Source: Methanocaldococcus sp. 28A
Lineage (GTDB): Archaea; AGJL01; Methanococci; Methanococcales; Methanocaldococcaceae
NCBI GenBank assembly: GCA_049852185.1
Contig: CP187540.1
Direction: 5' to 3' (one strand)
Length of the DNA: 64,000 nt
Positions 22,275 to 36,449 of this stretch are shown here, one piece after another; position 1 is the stretch's first letter; every line of letters starts with the position of its first letter. Both the position numbers and the translations under genes were made by a program. The notes under the pieces were generated by a model. It did not search any database. It worked only from the letters and a program-made list of their open reading frames with translations, and was not told the origin of the DNA.

Positions 22275-22493
22275 ATAAAATCTTTAAAATTAACTACCTC
22301 AGAAATTTAATAAAAATTTTTTAAATTGAAAAATAAGTTTTTAAAAAGCGTTAAATTGAGTATATAAAAACTATGCAAATATTTAAATACAAAAATACGT
22401 TATTTCAGTTCTACACATTAAAAAAATAAAAGAAATCTATTATAAATTTTAATAATATCACCTAAATATCTAATAAAAAATGAGAGGGTAAAT

Positions 22494-23051
22494 ATGATTA
22501 TAGGAGTTTTAGCAATTCAGGGAGATGTTGAAGAGCATGAAGAGGCTGTTAAAAAAGCTGGTTATGAGGTAAAGAAAGTTAAAAGAGCTGAAGATTTAGA
22601 AGGAATAGATGCTTTAATAATTCCAGGAGGAGAAAGCACAGCTATAGGTAAATTAATGAAAAAGTATGGATTATTAGATAAAATAAAAAACTCTGATTTA
22701 CCAATATTGGGGACTTGTGCTGGAATGGTGTTATTATCAAAAGGAACTGGACTTAATCAAATTTTATTAGAATTGATGGACATTACTGTTAAAAGAAACG
22801 CTTATGGAAGGCAGGTAGATAGCTTTGAAAAAGAGATTGAATTTAAAGATTTAGGAAAGGTTTATGGGGTATTTATAAGAGCTCCAGTGGTAGATGAGAT
22901 TTTGAGTGATGATGTAGAAGTTATAGCAAAGGATAGAGATAAAATAGTAGGCGTTAAGCAGGGGAAATATATGGCATTATCTTTCCATCCAGAGCTTTCA
23001 GAAGATGGGTATAAAGTTTATAGGTATTTTGTTGAGAACTGTGTAAAATAA
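22494..23051 (+). CDS. pdxT: PLP synthase glutaminase subunit
   Basis: GVLAIQG, PGGEST, GTCAG, RNAYGRQ, FHPE. Confidence 0.95.
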   Translation: MIIGVLAIQGDVEEHEEAVKKAGYEVKKVKRAEDLEGIDALIIPGGESTAIGKLMKKYGLLDKIKNSDLPILGTCAGMVLLSKGTGLNQILLELMDITVKRNAYGRQVDSFEKEIEFKDLGKVYGVFIRAPVVDEILSDDVEVIAKDRDKIVGVKQGKYMALSFHPELSEDGYKVYRYFVENCVK

Positions 23052-23058
23052 ATTTTTG

Positions 23059-23218
23059 TTATCACGCTAAAAGTTTTTTATTTTCAAAATAAAAGATTTT
23101 AAAGGGATATTTTTTGATTTTAAATTAGCTAATTTCGAAAGGTGGCTTATTTTTAATACTTTATTTATTTGGATATATTAAATTAGTAAGATTTTTAAGA
23201 GATTTTAGATAATTATTT
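23059..23218 (+). repeat. Orphan distal fragment of CRISPR leader
   Basis: Colinear with the reverse complement of ~2015-2180 (TTATCACGCTAAAAGTTTTTTATTT...ATTAAATTAGTAAGATTTTTA.GAGATTTTAGATAATTATTT). Confidence 0.85.
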
Positions 23219-23262
23219 GATTTTTTAGCTAAAGAGTTTTTATTACTTACATTAATGCAAAA

Positions 23263-23312
23263 GGTTGTCAAGATAAAAAATAAATAAGTAAGTGTAAATA
23301 AAGGAAGATATG
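23263..23312 (+). mobile_element. Isolated IS6-family end fragment
   Basis: GGTTGTCAAGATAA...AATAAAGGAAGATATG matches the end and transposase start of the IS6 relic at 39271-40075. Confidence 0.65.
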
Positions 23313-23314
23313 AC

Positions 23315-23808
23315 TGTGGTATCCCGAAAATATTTCGCATCTATAAATAATAAAAAAGAATTAGATATTGTCCTTAAAGCAGTCGAAGAATATAAAGGAA
23401 CAAGCCCAGTTCATTTAGAGCATTTTATCGAACGTAGGTATAATATACATACTCACATAATCGTATATATAATACTGAAACAATATGGTAAAATACAACC
23501 TAAATAGGAAAAGTTGAACGGACAAATAGAGAGGTTGAATATCGACTAAATAGATTTGATAGTTTAGAAGAGTTCGTAGATTGAATGAAATTACTAATGT
23601 GATTTCATAGCTCTTCACTACGCTCCAATTGAAATAATAAAATAAAACCACATCGTTCTTTAGATTAGACGAAAACCTAAGGTTTTCATTGCTCGCTTAC
23701 TACGTAATCGATTTTAAAACTCCTTATGAAGTTTATTTCGGAAATATAGTTAATAATATGGAGGTAATTTCATGAATTATAACTGCGAAATAATTTCATG
23801 ATACCACA
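23315..23808 (+). mobile_element. Internally deleted IS481-like element
   Basis: 25-bp imperfect TIRs TGTGGTATCCCGAAAATATTTCGCA and TGCGAAATAATTTCATGATACCACA (TGT..ACA ends); broken transposase pieces incl. GKVERTNREVE. Confidence 0.7.
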
Positions 23809-23920
23809 ACAAGGATGGAAACTAAGTTTTTATATAAAAAACAGCTAAAATATTTCTGTGCAAACCCAAAAAATAAGAAAATAGAAACTCTTAAAATATT
23901 TTAATATACCCAAAATAAAC

Positions 23921-25036
23921 TTATTCTCTAATTTTCTTCCCAACAGCCACATAAATGTTGTTAGCTCCTATTTTATCTCCAAACTTAGAAAAAATCTCAA
24001 TATTTTTCTCTTTGCATAGATTCTCAACCTTTTTCCTACAAGCATCTTTTGTTTTCTCTCCAAAAGATATAACAACTATATTCCCATCAATCTCTTCAAG
24101 ACCTAAGACAGGTTTTTTTATTTTTTTGTATAACTCATCAAGGTCCTTTAAGTGGATGATAATCATTTTAGCATCTTCAATAAATGGAAAATCCTTTAAA
24201 TGCTTAGTTATAAATGAGACATCTCTATCTATATCCTGCCCATATTTCTTTAAATCTACTTTATAATAATTGAGCTTTCCATCTTGATACTCTTTTATAA
24301 TTGCCTTAGCTGTTCTAACTAAATCAACTTCCCCACCTTTAGTTAAATACCCTCTTTTATTACCAATCTTTTTTAACAGCTCTTCATCAACTTTTTCATA
24401 ATCCACACCAAAATACTCTTTTATTATTGTGTTATCAAAATTATCTATCCTATTTAAAATTTTTAGAGCTGGAGGAATTGGATTTTCTACTTTTTCTAAT
24501 CTCAAAGCACCACTTATAACCAAATCATCCTCATCTCCCATCTCTAAAACTCCTGGGGTGTCCATAAGTTTAATATTTTTTGTTAATCTAACCCATTGCT
24601 CTCCTTTAGTTAAACCTGCTACACTTCCAGTTAATGTTTTTCTCTTTCCAGTTAATGCATTAATGATGGAAGATTTTCCAACGTTTGGATAACCAACAAT
24701 TCCCACTTTTCCCTCTTTTTTACCCATCTCTTTTAAAGATTTTTTTATCATCTCTCTTAAAATCTTTGTTCCTAATCTTCTTTTAGCAGATACAAACACA
24801 GTATTTTCTCCAAAAATTTTTTTCCATCTTTTTAAAATATCTTTTGGCACTAAATCAGCCTTATTTAAAACATAAATTAGTTTTTTTCCTTTACTTTTAA
24901 TCTTTTTCTCTAATTCTTTATTTCTTGTCATCTCAGGGTCTCTCGCATCTAAAACTAATAAAATTACATCACATTCATCAATAATCTTATTGACTATCTT
25001 TTTAACAGGCACTTTCTTGTATCTCATAACCCTCAC
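23921..25036 (-). CDS. Circularly permuted GTPase (YlqF/RbgA family)
   Basis: DARDP, NKADL preceding GYPNVGKSS, DTPG. Confidence 0.92.
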   Translation of the reverse strand: MRVMRYKKVPVKKIVNKIIDECDVILLVLDARDPEMTRNKELEKKIKSKGKKLIYVLNKADLVPKDILKRWKKIFGENTVFVSAKRRLGTKILREMIKKSLKEMGKKEGKVGIVGYPNVGKSSIINALTGKRKTLTGSVAGLTKGEQWVRLTKNIKLMDTPGVLEMGDEDDLVISGALRLEKVENPIPPALKILNRIDNFDNTIIKEYFGVDYEKVDEELLKKIGNKRGYLTKGGEVDLVRTAKAIIKEYQDGKLNYYKVDLKKYGQDIDRDVSFITKHLKDFPFIEDAKMIIIHLKDLDELYKKIKKPVLGLEEIDGNIVVISFGEKTKDACRKKVENLCKEKNIEIFSKFGDKIGANNIYVAVGKKIRE

Positions 25037-25204
25037 CTAAAGACTTTTAATTATGCTATTTTCATTTATATTTTTTATTAATAGATAAAACTAAATAAAT
25101 TTATAAATCTACAAATTATAGAAAAGTATTTATAGAACTTCAAACACATTACTATACTGTAAAACAAAAATTTAAAAAATATTAATTGAATAAAAGGTGA
25201 TATT

Positions 25205-25906
25205 TTGGTTGTAGATGCAAAAGACGTAGAAATAGTAAATACATTAGTTTTTGAAACATTAGGAAACCCAGAAAAAGAAAGAGAATTCAAATTAAAATCA
25301 TTAAAAAAGTGGGGGTTTGATTTAATATTTGGTAAAATAGATGGAAAAGAAACTTACTTTACTGTTGAATTAGATGAAAGACAAGCTGGGGATAAATTTT
25401 CAAAAGATGGAAAAGAGTATGAAGTAATAGAAGTTCTTGAGGAGTTACCAAAGAATACTGAATTATATGCACACATAGAAATGGAAATGGGTAGAGCATA
25501 TATTGTTTGTCAATTAAGAGATGAAGATGGGCAAAATATTGAAGTATTGAGAGTTCCAGCTGCAGCATTATTGTTAGCCTTCTTTAAAAAGAATAAGTTA
25601 GGAAATTTAATCAAAGCTATAAAAAATGTTGGAATTAGCTCAGAGCTTTTCTTACAAAACGGTGTTGGAGGAAAGCCATTATCTTATGAAGAACTTCCAA
25701 ATGTTGCAAGAAGATTTATAAGAAGTGTAAGAAAGGTTGAAAAGGAAACTGGTTTTGGAAGGTTGTCATTTGCTTACTATGGTGAAACAAAGGATGGAGA
25801 ACCAAGATTTTACTTTACTTGGTTACTTCCAACAATAGCATTATTTGACTTAGATATTGCTAAAAAAGCTAACGATACAATTGGAATCCTAAAAGTTTCT
25901 GAATAA
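25205..25906 (+). CDS. Conserved hypothetical protein
   Basis: 233-aa ORF, GGTGA RBS before TTG. Confidence 0.75.
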   Translation: MVVDAKDVEIVNTLVFETLGNPEKEREFKLKSLKKWGFDLIFGKIDGKETYFTVELDERQAGDKFSKDGKEYEVIEVLEELPKNTELYAHIEMEMGRAYIVCQLRDEDGQNIEVLRVPAAALLLAFFKKNKLGNLIKAIKNVGISSELFLQNGVGGKPLSYEELPNVARRFIRSVRKVEKETGFGRLSFAYYGETKDGEPRFYFTWLLPTIALFDLDIAKKANDTIGILKVSE

Positions 25907-25938
25907 ATAAATTATTATTAATATAAAATTGAGGTGGA

Positions 25939-26190
25939 ATGATGATTTATGGTGTTCTATTAAATATTCCTGAAAAACATGCTACGAAGTATGAAGATTT
26001 AATTAGAAGAATAATTGGGGAAGGGATAGCAAGAGGAGACATATTGTCATTTACAGAAGCAAGATATAAAGGAGATATTGCTTTTGTTATGCTTGCAAGG
26101 TCAAGAAGAGCAGCTGAAAAAGTTTATCAACAACTAAAAGAACATCCAATCTATGTAAAAGTTATAGAGATAGAGGGTAAAGGGGATTAA
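25939..26190 (+). CDS. Small hypothetical protein
   Basis: 83 aa, GAGGTGG RBS. Confidence 0.7.
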   Translation: MMIYGVLLNIPEKHATKYEDLIRRIIGEGIARGDILSFTEARYKGDIAFVMLARSRRAAEKVYQQLKEHPIYVKVIEIEGKGD

Positions 26191-26395
26191 ATTTTTTAAT
26201 TTAACTTTTTTAATTAATTTTTCTTATAACTGATTTTTTCAAAGTAACAATAATAACATCCAATCATTCCCATCCCAATTCAGGGGCTTTATAAATATAT
26301 TATAATTATAATTTTTATAAAAAAATAGTTATAAATTAAGAAACCTCTATTTTATATTTATTTATTAAAAAAATAAAAAATTAAAGATTAAAGAT

Positions 26396-29134
<2,739 letters not shown>

Positions 29135-29233
29135 TTATAATATTTTTCTTACTGGAAATAATATACCGTTGAAGTTCTATATAAACTTTTTGGTTTTGTT
29201 TATATTTATTGCACAACTCTACCCAATCATAAG

Positions 29234-29587
29234 TTATTCAGGAATATCCAATATATGAAACTGATAAACCCTTGTAAATCCGCAATTTCTACATCTTACA
29301 ATCATCTTCGTCTCTGTTATTGCTATATCTTGTATAGCTTCTTTTTTACAGTTAAAGCATACAGTATTTTTCTCTAAAAACCATGGTTTATATTTATGTT
29401 TTTTCTTTTTTTCTTCTTCTATTATGCTTTCATCCTCAATCCCCACTCTTCTTAAAATATAATATCTTGTAGCTCCACAGTTAGAACATTTAACAAACGC
29501 CTGATTTGTATAAATTTCTATTATCTGGTCTACTTCTTTCTTACAGTTGAAGCATACTGCTAATTTTTTTAACATCCATTTTTCCAT
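29234..29587 (-). CDS. Duplicated zinc-ribbon protein
   Basis: Two CFNC..CxNC units; ATG 29587 behind GGTGA. Confidence 0.75.
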   Translation of the reverse strand: MEKWMLKKLAVCFNCKKEVDQIIEIYTNQAFVKCSNCGATRYYILRRVGIEDESIIEEEKKKKHKYKPWFLEKNTVCFNCKKEAIQDIAITETKMIVRCRNCGFTRVYQFHILDIPE

Positions 29588-29723
29588 AAAATCACCAACT
29601 TCCACACAGTTACCAAACACATTGAAAAACTACGCTATATAAAAAATTATTAAAACTAATTATATATACTATTTTTGATTTGATAATTTTAAATTTATAT
29701 GATTATATATAATTATAATATAA

Positions 29724-30662
29724 TTGATTATAATTATGAGGGAAATTATGATATGTAGTTGTGGAAATGAAGCATTTTACTATCAAAAATATTCAAACAA
29801 GTATTTATGTAAAGAATGCTTTAAAAAAGATATTGAAAGAAGAGCTAAAAAAATTTTGGGAAGAGATATTATAAGAAATAATGTTAAAATAGGTATTGGA
29901 ATTAGTGGAGGAAAGGATAGCTTAGTTATGGCATTAATTTTAAAAAAGCTTTTTAAATATATTCCAAACGCTAAGCTAATTTGTTTTTTTATTGATGAGG
30001 GGATAGAGGGTTTTAGGGAAAAAGCTAAAGAATACATTAAAGAGTTTTGTGAAGAGCATGGATTAGAGTTGAAGATTATAAAATTTAAAGATGAAATTGG
30101 TTATACGTTAGATGAAATTGTAAAAAATGATTATTTAAGTGAATTAAATATTGGAAAGCCTTGTTCTTTTTGTGGAGTTGTTAGGAGGTATTTATTAAAT
30201 AAATACGCATTAAAAGAAGGATGTGATTATTTGGCAATAGGTCACAACTTAGATGATTTCTGCCAAACAATTTTGATGAACTATGTTGAAGGAAATGTAA
30301 AAAATATTATTCAGTTTGGTAAGGAGTTTGAAGGAAGGGGATTTGTTAAGAGAATTAAACCACTAAAATTAATCCCTGAAGATGAGGTTAGGTTATATGC
30401 GGATATAAACAATATAAAGTATCAAAAAGAGCCTTGCCCTTACTCATCTTTATCTTATAGGCATAGAATGAAGAAGGTAATTAAAGTTTTAGAAGAAGAA
30501 AAACCGGGAGTTAAGTTTAGTATATTAAGAGGTTATGAAAAGCTCTTGAAATATATAGATGTTAAAGAAGATGTTAAAAGATGTGAAATTTGTGGATTTC
30601 CATGTAGTGGAAATATTTGTAAGGTATGTTCGTGGCTCATAAAATTGAAAGTGATTAAATAG
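29724..30662 (+). CDS. tRNA 2-thiolation TtuA/NcsA-like PP-loop protein (TIGR00269-like)
   Basis: SGGKDS, CSFCGV.RR, GHNLDD, terminal Zn fingers; true start probably a few codons downstream. Confidence 0.85.
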   Translation: MIIIMREIMICSCGNEAFYYQKYSNKYLCKECFKKDIERRAKKILGRDIIRNNVKIGIGISGGKDSLVMALILKKLFKYIPNAKLICFFIDEGIEGFREKAKEYIKEFCEEHGLELKIIKFKDEIGYTLDEIVKNDYLSELNIGKPCSFCGVVRRYLLNKYALKEGCDYLAIGHNLDDFCQTILMNYVEGNVKNIIQFGKEFEGRGFVKRIKPLKLIPEDEVRLYADINNIKYQKEPCPYSSLSYRHRMKKVIKVLEEEKPGVKFSILRGYEKLLKYIDVKEDVKRCEICGFPCSGNICKVCSWLIKLKVIK

Positions 30663-30740
30663 GACTTTTGCAGAAATAAATTTTTTAATTGAATAGACAC
30701 TTAAAGGTGCCAAAGCACCTTATTAAAGCTGCAAAAGTTC
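30660..30740. mobile_element. MITE family B (IS701-type ends), copy 1
   Basis: TAGGACTTTTGCAG...CTGCAAAAGTTC, internal AAGGTGC-CAAA-GCACCTT hairpin. Confidence 0.7.
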
Positions 30741-30838
30741 AAATGAAATAAACTTTAAAAAGGAAATTTTGAATGCCTTCCTTATGGAGAATTCATTATT
30801 ACCTTGTTTTATTTAAGATAGTTTTGCACACAACTATA
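30741..30838. mobile_element. MITE family A, copy 2 (left TIR lost)
   Basis: AAATGAAATAAACTTT..GAATGCCTTCC..TTTAAGATAGTTTTGCACACAACTATA. Confidence 0.8.
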
Positions 30839-30866
30839 AAAATGAAAGTTAATAATGGTGATTTTT

Positions 30867-32804
30867 ATGATAAGAGATTATGAAAAATTTAAGAAACTTA
30901 AAAAGAAGGTAGCCGAATCATTAAACATTAGTGAGGAAGAATTGGATGAAATGATTAAAGAAAAAATTAAAGAATTTGGAGGAATTTTGCTAAAAGATGC
31001 CGCTTTAATGATGATTGCAAAAGAACATGGAATTGATATTGATAAAAAAGAAGTAGAGGAGTTTTCAATTAAAGATATTGAAGAAGGACAGATAAATGTT
31101 GAAATTACTGGGATTGTTACAGATGTTTCTGATGTAAAAACATTTACAAGGAAAGATGGAAGTGAAGGAAGATATAGAAAAATAATTATTGCTGACAAGT
31201 CAGGAACGATTAGAATGACTTTATGGGATGAATTGGCTGATATGGATATTAAAGTTGGAGATATTTTAAAAATAAAAAGGGCAAGGGCAAGGAAATGGAA
31301 CAACAGAATGGAGCTTAGTTCAACATCAGAAACAAAGATTGAAAAGTTAGAGAACTATGAAGGAGAAATTCCAGAGATTAAAGATATATATGATATAGGA
31401 GAGCTAAGCCCAGGAATGACAGCAACATTTGAAGGAGAAGTTATTTCAGCACTACCAATAAAAGAATTTAAAAAGGCAGACGGTAGTTTAGGAAGATTAA
31501 AATCATTTATTGTTAAAGATGAGACTGGAAGTATAAGAGTTACCTTATGGGATGAACTAACAGACATTGATGTGGGTAGAGGAGATTATGTTAGAGTTAG
31601 TGGATATGTAAGAGATGGTTACTATGGAGGATTGGAATGCACAGCAAGTAGTGTAGAGATATTGAAAAAAGGAGAAAAAATAGAGAGTAAGGAAGCAAAT
31701 GTTGTTGATTTATCAAAATATGAAGACGGGGAGTTGGTTACAGTTAAAGGTAGGGTTGTTGCAATAAGTAGTAAAAGAATGGTTGATTTAAATGGAGATA
31801 CTGCTAAAGTTCAGGAGCTTTTATTAGACAATGGCACTGGAAGAGTTAGAGTGACATTTTGGAATATAAGAACTGCTTTATTAGAAAATGTAAAAGAAGG
31901 AGATTTAGTGAGAATAACAAACTGTAGAATAAAAACATATTATGATAGAGATGGGAATAAAAGGGCTGATTTAGTGGCAACTGCTGATACTGAAGTTATT
32001 AAAGATGATAGCATTGAAGCTCCAGATTATGAGATAAAATACTGTAAAATAGAGGATATTTATGATAAAGATGTTGATTGGAACGATATAAATTTAATAG
32101 CCCAAGTTGTTGAAGATTATGGAATTAATGAAGTTATAGTTGAAGATAAAATAAGAAAAGTAAGAAATTTAATTTTAGAAGATGGAAGTGGAAGAATAAG
32201 GTTGAGTTTATGGGATGATTTAGCTGAAATGGATGTTAAAGAGGGAGATATAATAGAGATTTTACATGCTTATGCTAAAGAGAGAGGAGATTATATAGAT
32301 TTAGTCCTCGGAAGATATGGAAGGATAATTATAAACCCCGATGGGATTGAAATAAAGAGTAATAGAAAATTTATAGCTGATATTGAAGACAATGAAAGTG
32401 TTGAAATTAGAGGAGCTATTGTTAAAATATTGAGCGATAATCTTTTCCTTTACCTATGCCCAAATTGTAAAAAGAAGGTTGTAGAGATTGATGGAATCTA
32501 TAACTGCCCTATTTGTGGAGATGTAGAGCCTGAAGAGATTTTAAGATTAAATTTCGTTGTAGATGATGGCACAGGAACTTTGCTGTGTAGAGCTTATGAT
32601 AGAAAAGTTGAGAAATTGTTAAAGATGAATAAAGAGGATTTAAAAAGCTTAACTATAGAAATGGTAAAGGATGAAATCTTAGGAGAAGAATTTATTTTAT
32701 ATGGAAATGTTAGAAAAGAGGATAACAAATTAGTTATGATTGTGAGAAGAGTTAATGATGTGGATGTTGAGAAAGAAATAAGAATATTGGAAGAAATGGA
32801 ATAA
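30867..32804 (+). CDS. rpa: Replication protein A (multiple OB folds plus Zn finger)
   Basis: Repeated D.(S/T)G.IR.TLWD OB folds, CPNC..CPIC. Confidence 0.92.
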   Translation: MIRDYEKFKKLKKKVAESLNISEEELDEMIKEKIKEFGGILLKDAALMMIAKEHGIDIDKKEVEEFSIKDIEEGQINVEITGIVTDVSDVKTFTRKDGSEGRYRKIIIADKSGTIRMTLWDELADMDIKVGDILKIKRARARKWNNRMELSSTSETKIEKLENYEGEIPEIKDIYDIGELSPGMTATFEGEVISALPIKEFKKADGSLGRLKSFIVKDETGSIRVTLWDELTDIDVGRGDYVRVSGYVRDGYYGGLECTASSVEILKKGEKIESKEANVVDLSKYEDGELVTVKGRVVAISSKRMVDLNGDTAKVQELLLDNGTGRVRVTFWNIRTALLENVKEGDLVRITNCRIKTYYDRDGNKRADLVATADTEVIKDDSIEAPDYEIKYCKIEDIYDKDVDWNDINLIAQVVEDYGINEVIVEDKIRKVRNLILEDGSGRIRLSLWDDLAEMDVKEGDIIEILHAYAKERGDYIDLVLGRYGRIIINPDGIEIKSNRKFIADIEDNESVEIRGAIVKILSDNLFLYLCPNCKKKVVEIDGIYNCPICGDVEPEEILRLNFVVDDGTGTLLCRAYDRKVEKLLKMNKEDLKSLTIEMVKDEILGEEFILYGNVRKEDNKLVMIVRRVNDVDVEKEIRILEEME

Positions 32805-32866
32805 CAAAAAATAAATAATTTCTCAAATATTATTTTCTAATACTCCAGAATGTTATGGTGATAACA

Positions 32867-34168
32867 ATGATAGTTGAAAAAGTCGAGGAATATTTGGATA
32901 GAATAGAAAAAATTAATAAAGATATTAATGCATTAATAGAAGTAAATCCAAATAGAGTTTTAGAGGAAGCAAAAAAATTAGAAAAAGATGATAAAGCTAA
33001 GAAAAAGCCATTATATGGAAAGATTATTGCAGTTAAAGCAAACATAAACGTTGAGGGCTATACAATATCCTGTGCTTCAAAAACTTTAGAAAATTACATA
33101 TCCCCTTATGATGCTACAGTTATAGAGAAGATTAAAGAAAATGGTGGATTAATAATTGGAATCGCAAATATGGATGAATTTGCCTGTGGTAGTAGTGGAG
33201 AAACCTCTTATTATGGCCCAACAAAAAATCCTAAGGCGAAAGATAGAATTCCCGGAGGAAGTTCTTCAGGAAGTGCTGCAGCTGTTGCAGCTGATTTATG
33301 TGATATGGCTTTAGGAAGTGATACAGGGGGAAGTATAAGAAATCCAGCTTCACATTGTGGAGTAGTAGGATTTAAGCCAAGTTATGGTGTTGTTAGCAGA
33401 TATGGTTTATGTGATTTAGCAATGAGTTTTGACCAAATAGGGCCTTTAACAAAAACAGCTGAAGATGCATTATTATTAACAAATATCACTAAAGGAAAAG
33501 ATTTGAGAGATACAACAACAGTAGAAACTAAACCTTTTGAAAAGATAGATATTAAAGGATTTAAAGTAGGAGTAGTTAAGGAATTTATGGAAGTTACTGA
33601 TGAGAAGATAAGAGATAAGATAGAGAGAGGTATTGAGGTCTTTAAAGATTTAGGATGTGAGATTGTTGAATTAAGCTATAAGTATGTTGATTTAGCTTTA
33701 CCAACATACTATTTAATTAATTATGTTGAGTTCTTCTCATCCACAAGAAGGTATGATGGAAGAAGATATGGATATAAAATAGAGGAAGTTTGTGGAGAGG
33801 AGGTTTTAAGAAGAATTATGATAGGTTCAATGATTAGTCAAAAAGAATATAGTGGAAAATATTACAAAAACGCTTTAAGAGCAAGAAATTTAATGAAAAA
33901 TGAGATGATTAAGATTATGAAGGATGTTGATATTATTGTAGGGCCAACAGTTCCTAAGCTACCACACAAATTGGGAGAGAAGTTAACACCAATGGAAATG
34001 TATAGCTATGATGTTTTAACAGTCCCAGCTAATATATGTGGTTTATGTGCAGGTGTTGTTCCTTGCGGAGAAATAAATGGAATTCCTGTTGGCTTACAAA
34101 TCCAAGGAAAACCATTTGAAGATGAAAAAGTTTTAAGTGCAATGATTGCATTTGAAAAAGCATTATAA
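32867..34168 (+). CDS. gatA: Asp/Glu-tRNA amidotransferase subunit A
   Basis: NMDEFA, PGGSSSGSA, GSDTGGSIRNPA. Confidence 0.95.
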   Translation: MIVEKVEEYLDRIEKINKDINALIEVNPNRVLEEAKKLEKDDKAKKKPLYGKIIAVKANINVEGYTISCASKTLENYISPYDATVIEKIKENGGLIIGIANMDEFACGSSGETSYYGPTKNPKAKDRIPGGSSSGSAAAVAADLCDMALGSDTGGSIRNPASHCGVVGFKPSYGVVSRYGLCDLAMSFDQIGPLTKTAEDALLLTNITKGKDLRDTTTVETKPFEKIDIKGFKVGVVKEFMEVTDEKIRDKIERGIEVFKDLGCEIVELSYKYVDLALPTYYLINYVEFFSSTRRYDGRRYGYKIEEVCGEEVLRRIMIGSMISQKEYSGKYYKNALRARNLMKNEMIKIMKDVDIIVGPTVPKLPHKLGEKLTPMEMYSYDVLTVPANICGLCAGVVPCGEINGIPVGLQIQGKPFEDEKVLSAMIAFEKAL

Positions 34169-34182
34169 TAATTTACATTAAA

Positions 34183-35317
34183 TAGGACTTTCGCATCCAC
34201 ATTTAAATACTTAGATTAACGATAAACCAATTTCTTCACACAAAGAGATTATGGCATTACCAACAGCTATTCGATTTAGTTTTCTTCTAAGTTCGTACCA
34301 ACTGATATTTTTATCGATTCTAATTTTCTCTAAGAGGTAGAAGGCTCTCATAGAAAGGGAGATATGACCTAAAATTGGAAATTTTTTTCTAACGAAGAAA
34401 TTGCCAGTATTACAGCACTGTTTAACACCCCTATGGAATTCCTCGATTCTCCAAGAGGCGTTTTTGACCTCTTGGAATTCTTCGAAACTCATAAATAGGT
34501 TATTAGTTATATAATATTTTGCCTTTCCGTTTTTGGAAAGGCAGAAGAGTCTGACATAGCCAACTTTTCGTAGATAAACGATTAATCCATTCTTAGGAAT
34601 TTCCTTAATGTCTTCGATTGATACCCACTCTCTGTTTTTGGAGAGTTTTACCTTTCTATTCCTTTTAATTCTGCAGAGGTAGAATAAACCTAAACTATCG
34701 ATAAGTTTTAAGTTATCTTTACTTGAATACCAACTATCGAAACAGATATATCTAATATTTAATCCTTTATCCACTAAAGACTTTATTATCTCCCTACATA
34801 AATTATTTTTCGTCTTTCCATCTCTTGGTCTGTCATATACTCTAAAATCGATTGGAATAATATGTTTTCCATTTGTAATTATGCAATCAACGATATGTAA
34901 GCCTTTAATTACTCGTTTATGTAGATTACTCCAACAATAATAAGCAAATTCAGTCGATTTAGAGTAAATTTTATCTATAACAAAGTCATCTATAACGACA
35001 ATATTATAATCAGGAGTGATTAAATCTTTAACGAAATTAAAAAGCTTTTCTTGTGGGAAGATTCCTTCTTCCCAAAGTATTCTATTTATTGTATCGTGAG
35101 ATATGTCGATTCCGAAAATACGCAACGTTTTCGATAACTCTACACACGAATTAATCTCTGAAAGTAATATAAAAAGCATATAAACGATAGTCCTCGACAT
35201 TTTTAGCATATTTTCCCCAAAATAAACTTTTTGTTTCGAAAAATTATAATATCTAATAAAAATAGATTATCATGAAATGTTATAATAAAATATTTAAATA
35301 TGCTTGTAAAAGTCCTA
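34183..35317 (-). mobile_element. IS701-family insertion sequence
   Basis: Imperfect TIRs TAGGACTTT-N9-ATTTAAATA at both ends; direct repeat CATTAAA at 34176-34182 and 35318-35324. Confidence 0.85.
34211..35209 (-). CDS. IS701-family DDE transposase
   Basis: SHDTINR, IDD.VIDK, FDSWY, WRIEEFHRGVKQ; codon usage atypical. Confidence 0.85.
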   Translation of the reverse strand: MLKMSRTIVYMLFILLSEINSCVELSKTLRIFGIDISHDTINRILWEEGIFPQEKLFNFVKDLITPDYNIVVIDDFVIDKIYSKSTEFAYYCWSNLHKRVIKGLHIVDCIITNGKHIIPIDFRVYDRPRDGKTKNNLCREIIKSLVDKGLNIRYICFDSWYSSKDNLKLIDSLGLFYLCRIKRNRKVKLSKNREWVSIEDIKEIPKNGLIVYLRKVGYVRLFCLSKNGKAKYYITNNLFMSFEEFQEVKNASWRIEEFHRGVKQCCNTGNFFVRKKFPILGHISLSMRAFYLLEKIRIDKNISWYELRRKLNRIAVGNAIISLCEEIGLSLI

Positions 35318-35591
35318 CATTAAAAAATATTTTATTGAGGAATTTTTTACTACTAAAAGAATCTTAAAAGCAAAAAACAGAAATAGAATGAGGTTAAATA
35401 GTTTATATAAAAAACAGTGATACCTGTATAATTCTTGGATTAATTCGCAAAACCTCATTTATAAATTCGTTAAATGATTTTATAGCTAACAATCTTATAT
35501 AGTTCTATAACCTCCTATTTTTTTATAACTACGATATTATGAAATATTAATTTTTCTATTTATTTTATGAGGTTCGGAGATACTGTAAAAG

Positions 35592-36374
35592 CTATAACTC
35601 CTCTAAACTCAAATTTTTCAATCTTCCAGCAATATAATCAATCATCTCTTTCAAATTTTTCTTATTGTCAAAGTTCTTAACAATCTTTAAAAGCTCTTCT
35701 CTATCTTTATTTTTAAACTCTTTAACATACTTTATTAAGAGAGGTAAAGCTCTTGTTAGCTCATCAACTATTGTTATAGTAGATTTTCTTGCAGTTCTTG
35801 ATAATGGATTTAAATCAATAGCTATGACCTTTTTACCCATATTAACTAACGCCTCTGCTCTATCTCCATCCTCCAATGGAACCAAAACAACATCCGCACT
35901 AAATATTCCTTCTTCTGAAACCTTTCCTCTCAAGCTGTCTAAGTTTGGAATCTGTTTATTAGCATCATCAATACCCAAAATTTTTATCTTTCCTGTCTCT
36001 ATATCCTCTTTAAATTTCTCTTCAAATGCTTTTTTTATAGCTATTTCTCTTTCTTTAGTTCTATAAAATAAATTAACCTCTATCTTTCCATTTAATTCTT
36101 TTGCAAGCTCAACAACTTCATCTATTGCTAAAGCTACTGTGTTTCCATTAACACTTATTACAGGATTTTCAGCTAAAACTAATAAAGCAGAAGCAGCTTT
36201 TATTGCCTCCAATGCTATTGGTGTTGTTTTTTCCCCAATTAAATAGTCAAATGTCTCTCCTCTACCGTGAGCTATTAGCCCAGCTTTAGCTAAAATCCCT
36301 TTATCTAATGCTTCAATAATTTTCTCTCTCTTCATTAAAGATTCATACCTTGGATGAGTTTTTGGAATCTCCAT
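35592..36374 (-). CDS. 4-phosphopantoate--beta-alanine ligase (phosphopantothenate synthetase)
   Basis: [47 protein letters not shown]. Confidence 0.9.
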   Translation of the reverse strand: MEIPKTHPRYESLMKREKIIEALDKGILAKAGLIAHGRGETFDYLIGEKTTPIALEAIKAASALLVLAENPVISVNGNTVALAIDEVVELAKELNGKIEVNLFYRTKEREIAIKKAFEEKFKEDIETGKIKILGIDDANKQIPNLDSLRGKVSEEGIFSADVVLVPLEDGDRAEALVNMGKKVIAIDLNPLSRTARKSTITIVDELTRALPLLIKYVKEFKNKDREELLKIVKNFDNKKNLKEMIDYIAGRLKNLSLEEL

Positions 36375-36449
36375 TAGGTATCACCAAGTTTTTATATGGT
36401 TGTTTGTAATAAAACTTTTTGTATATAAGATAATATTTAAGGTGGTAAA

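Noticed and set aside
26216-26290. Slightly GC-richer patch with a possible 19-codon minus-strand ORF (MGMIGCYYCYFEK..)
   Set aside because: Too short; no structure, box motifs or homology visible
35325-35590. Scattered ATGAGGTT/AACCTCAT and ACAGT..ACTGT as possible element ends
   Set aside because: No convincing matched TIR pair or TSD
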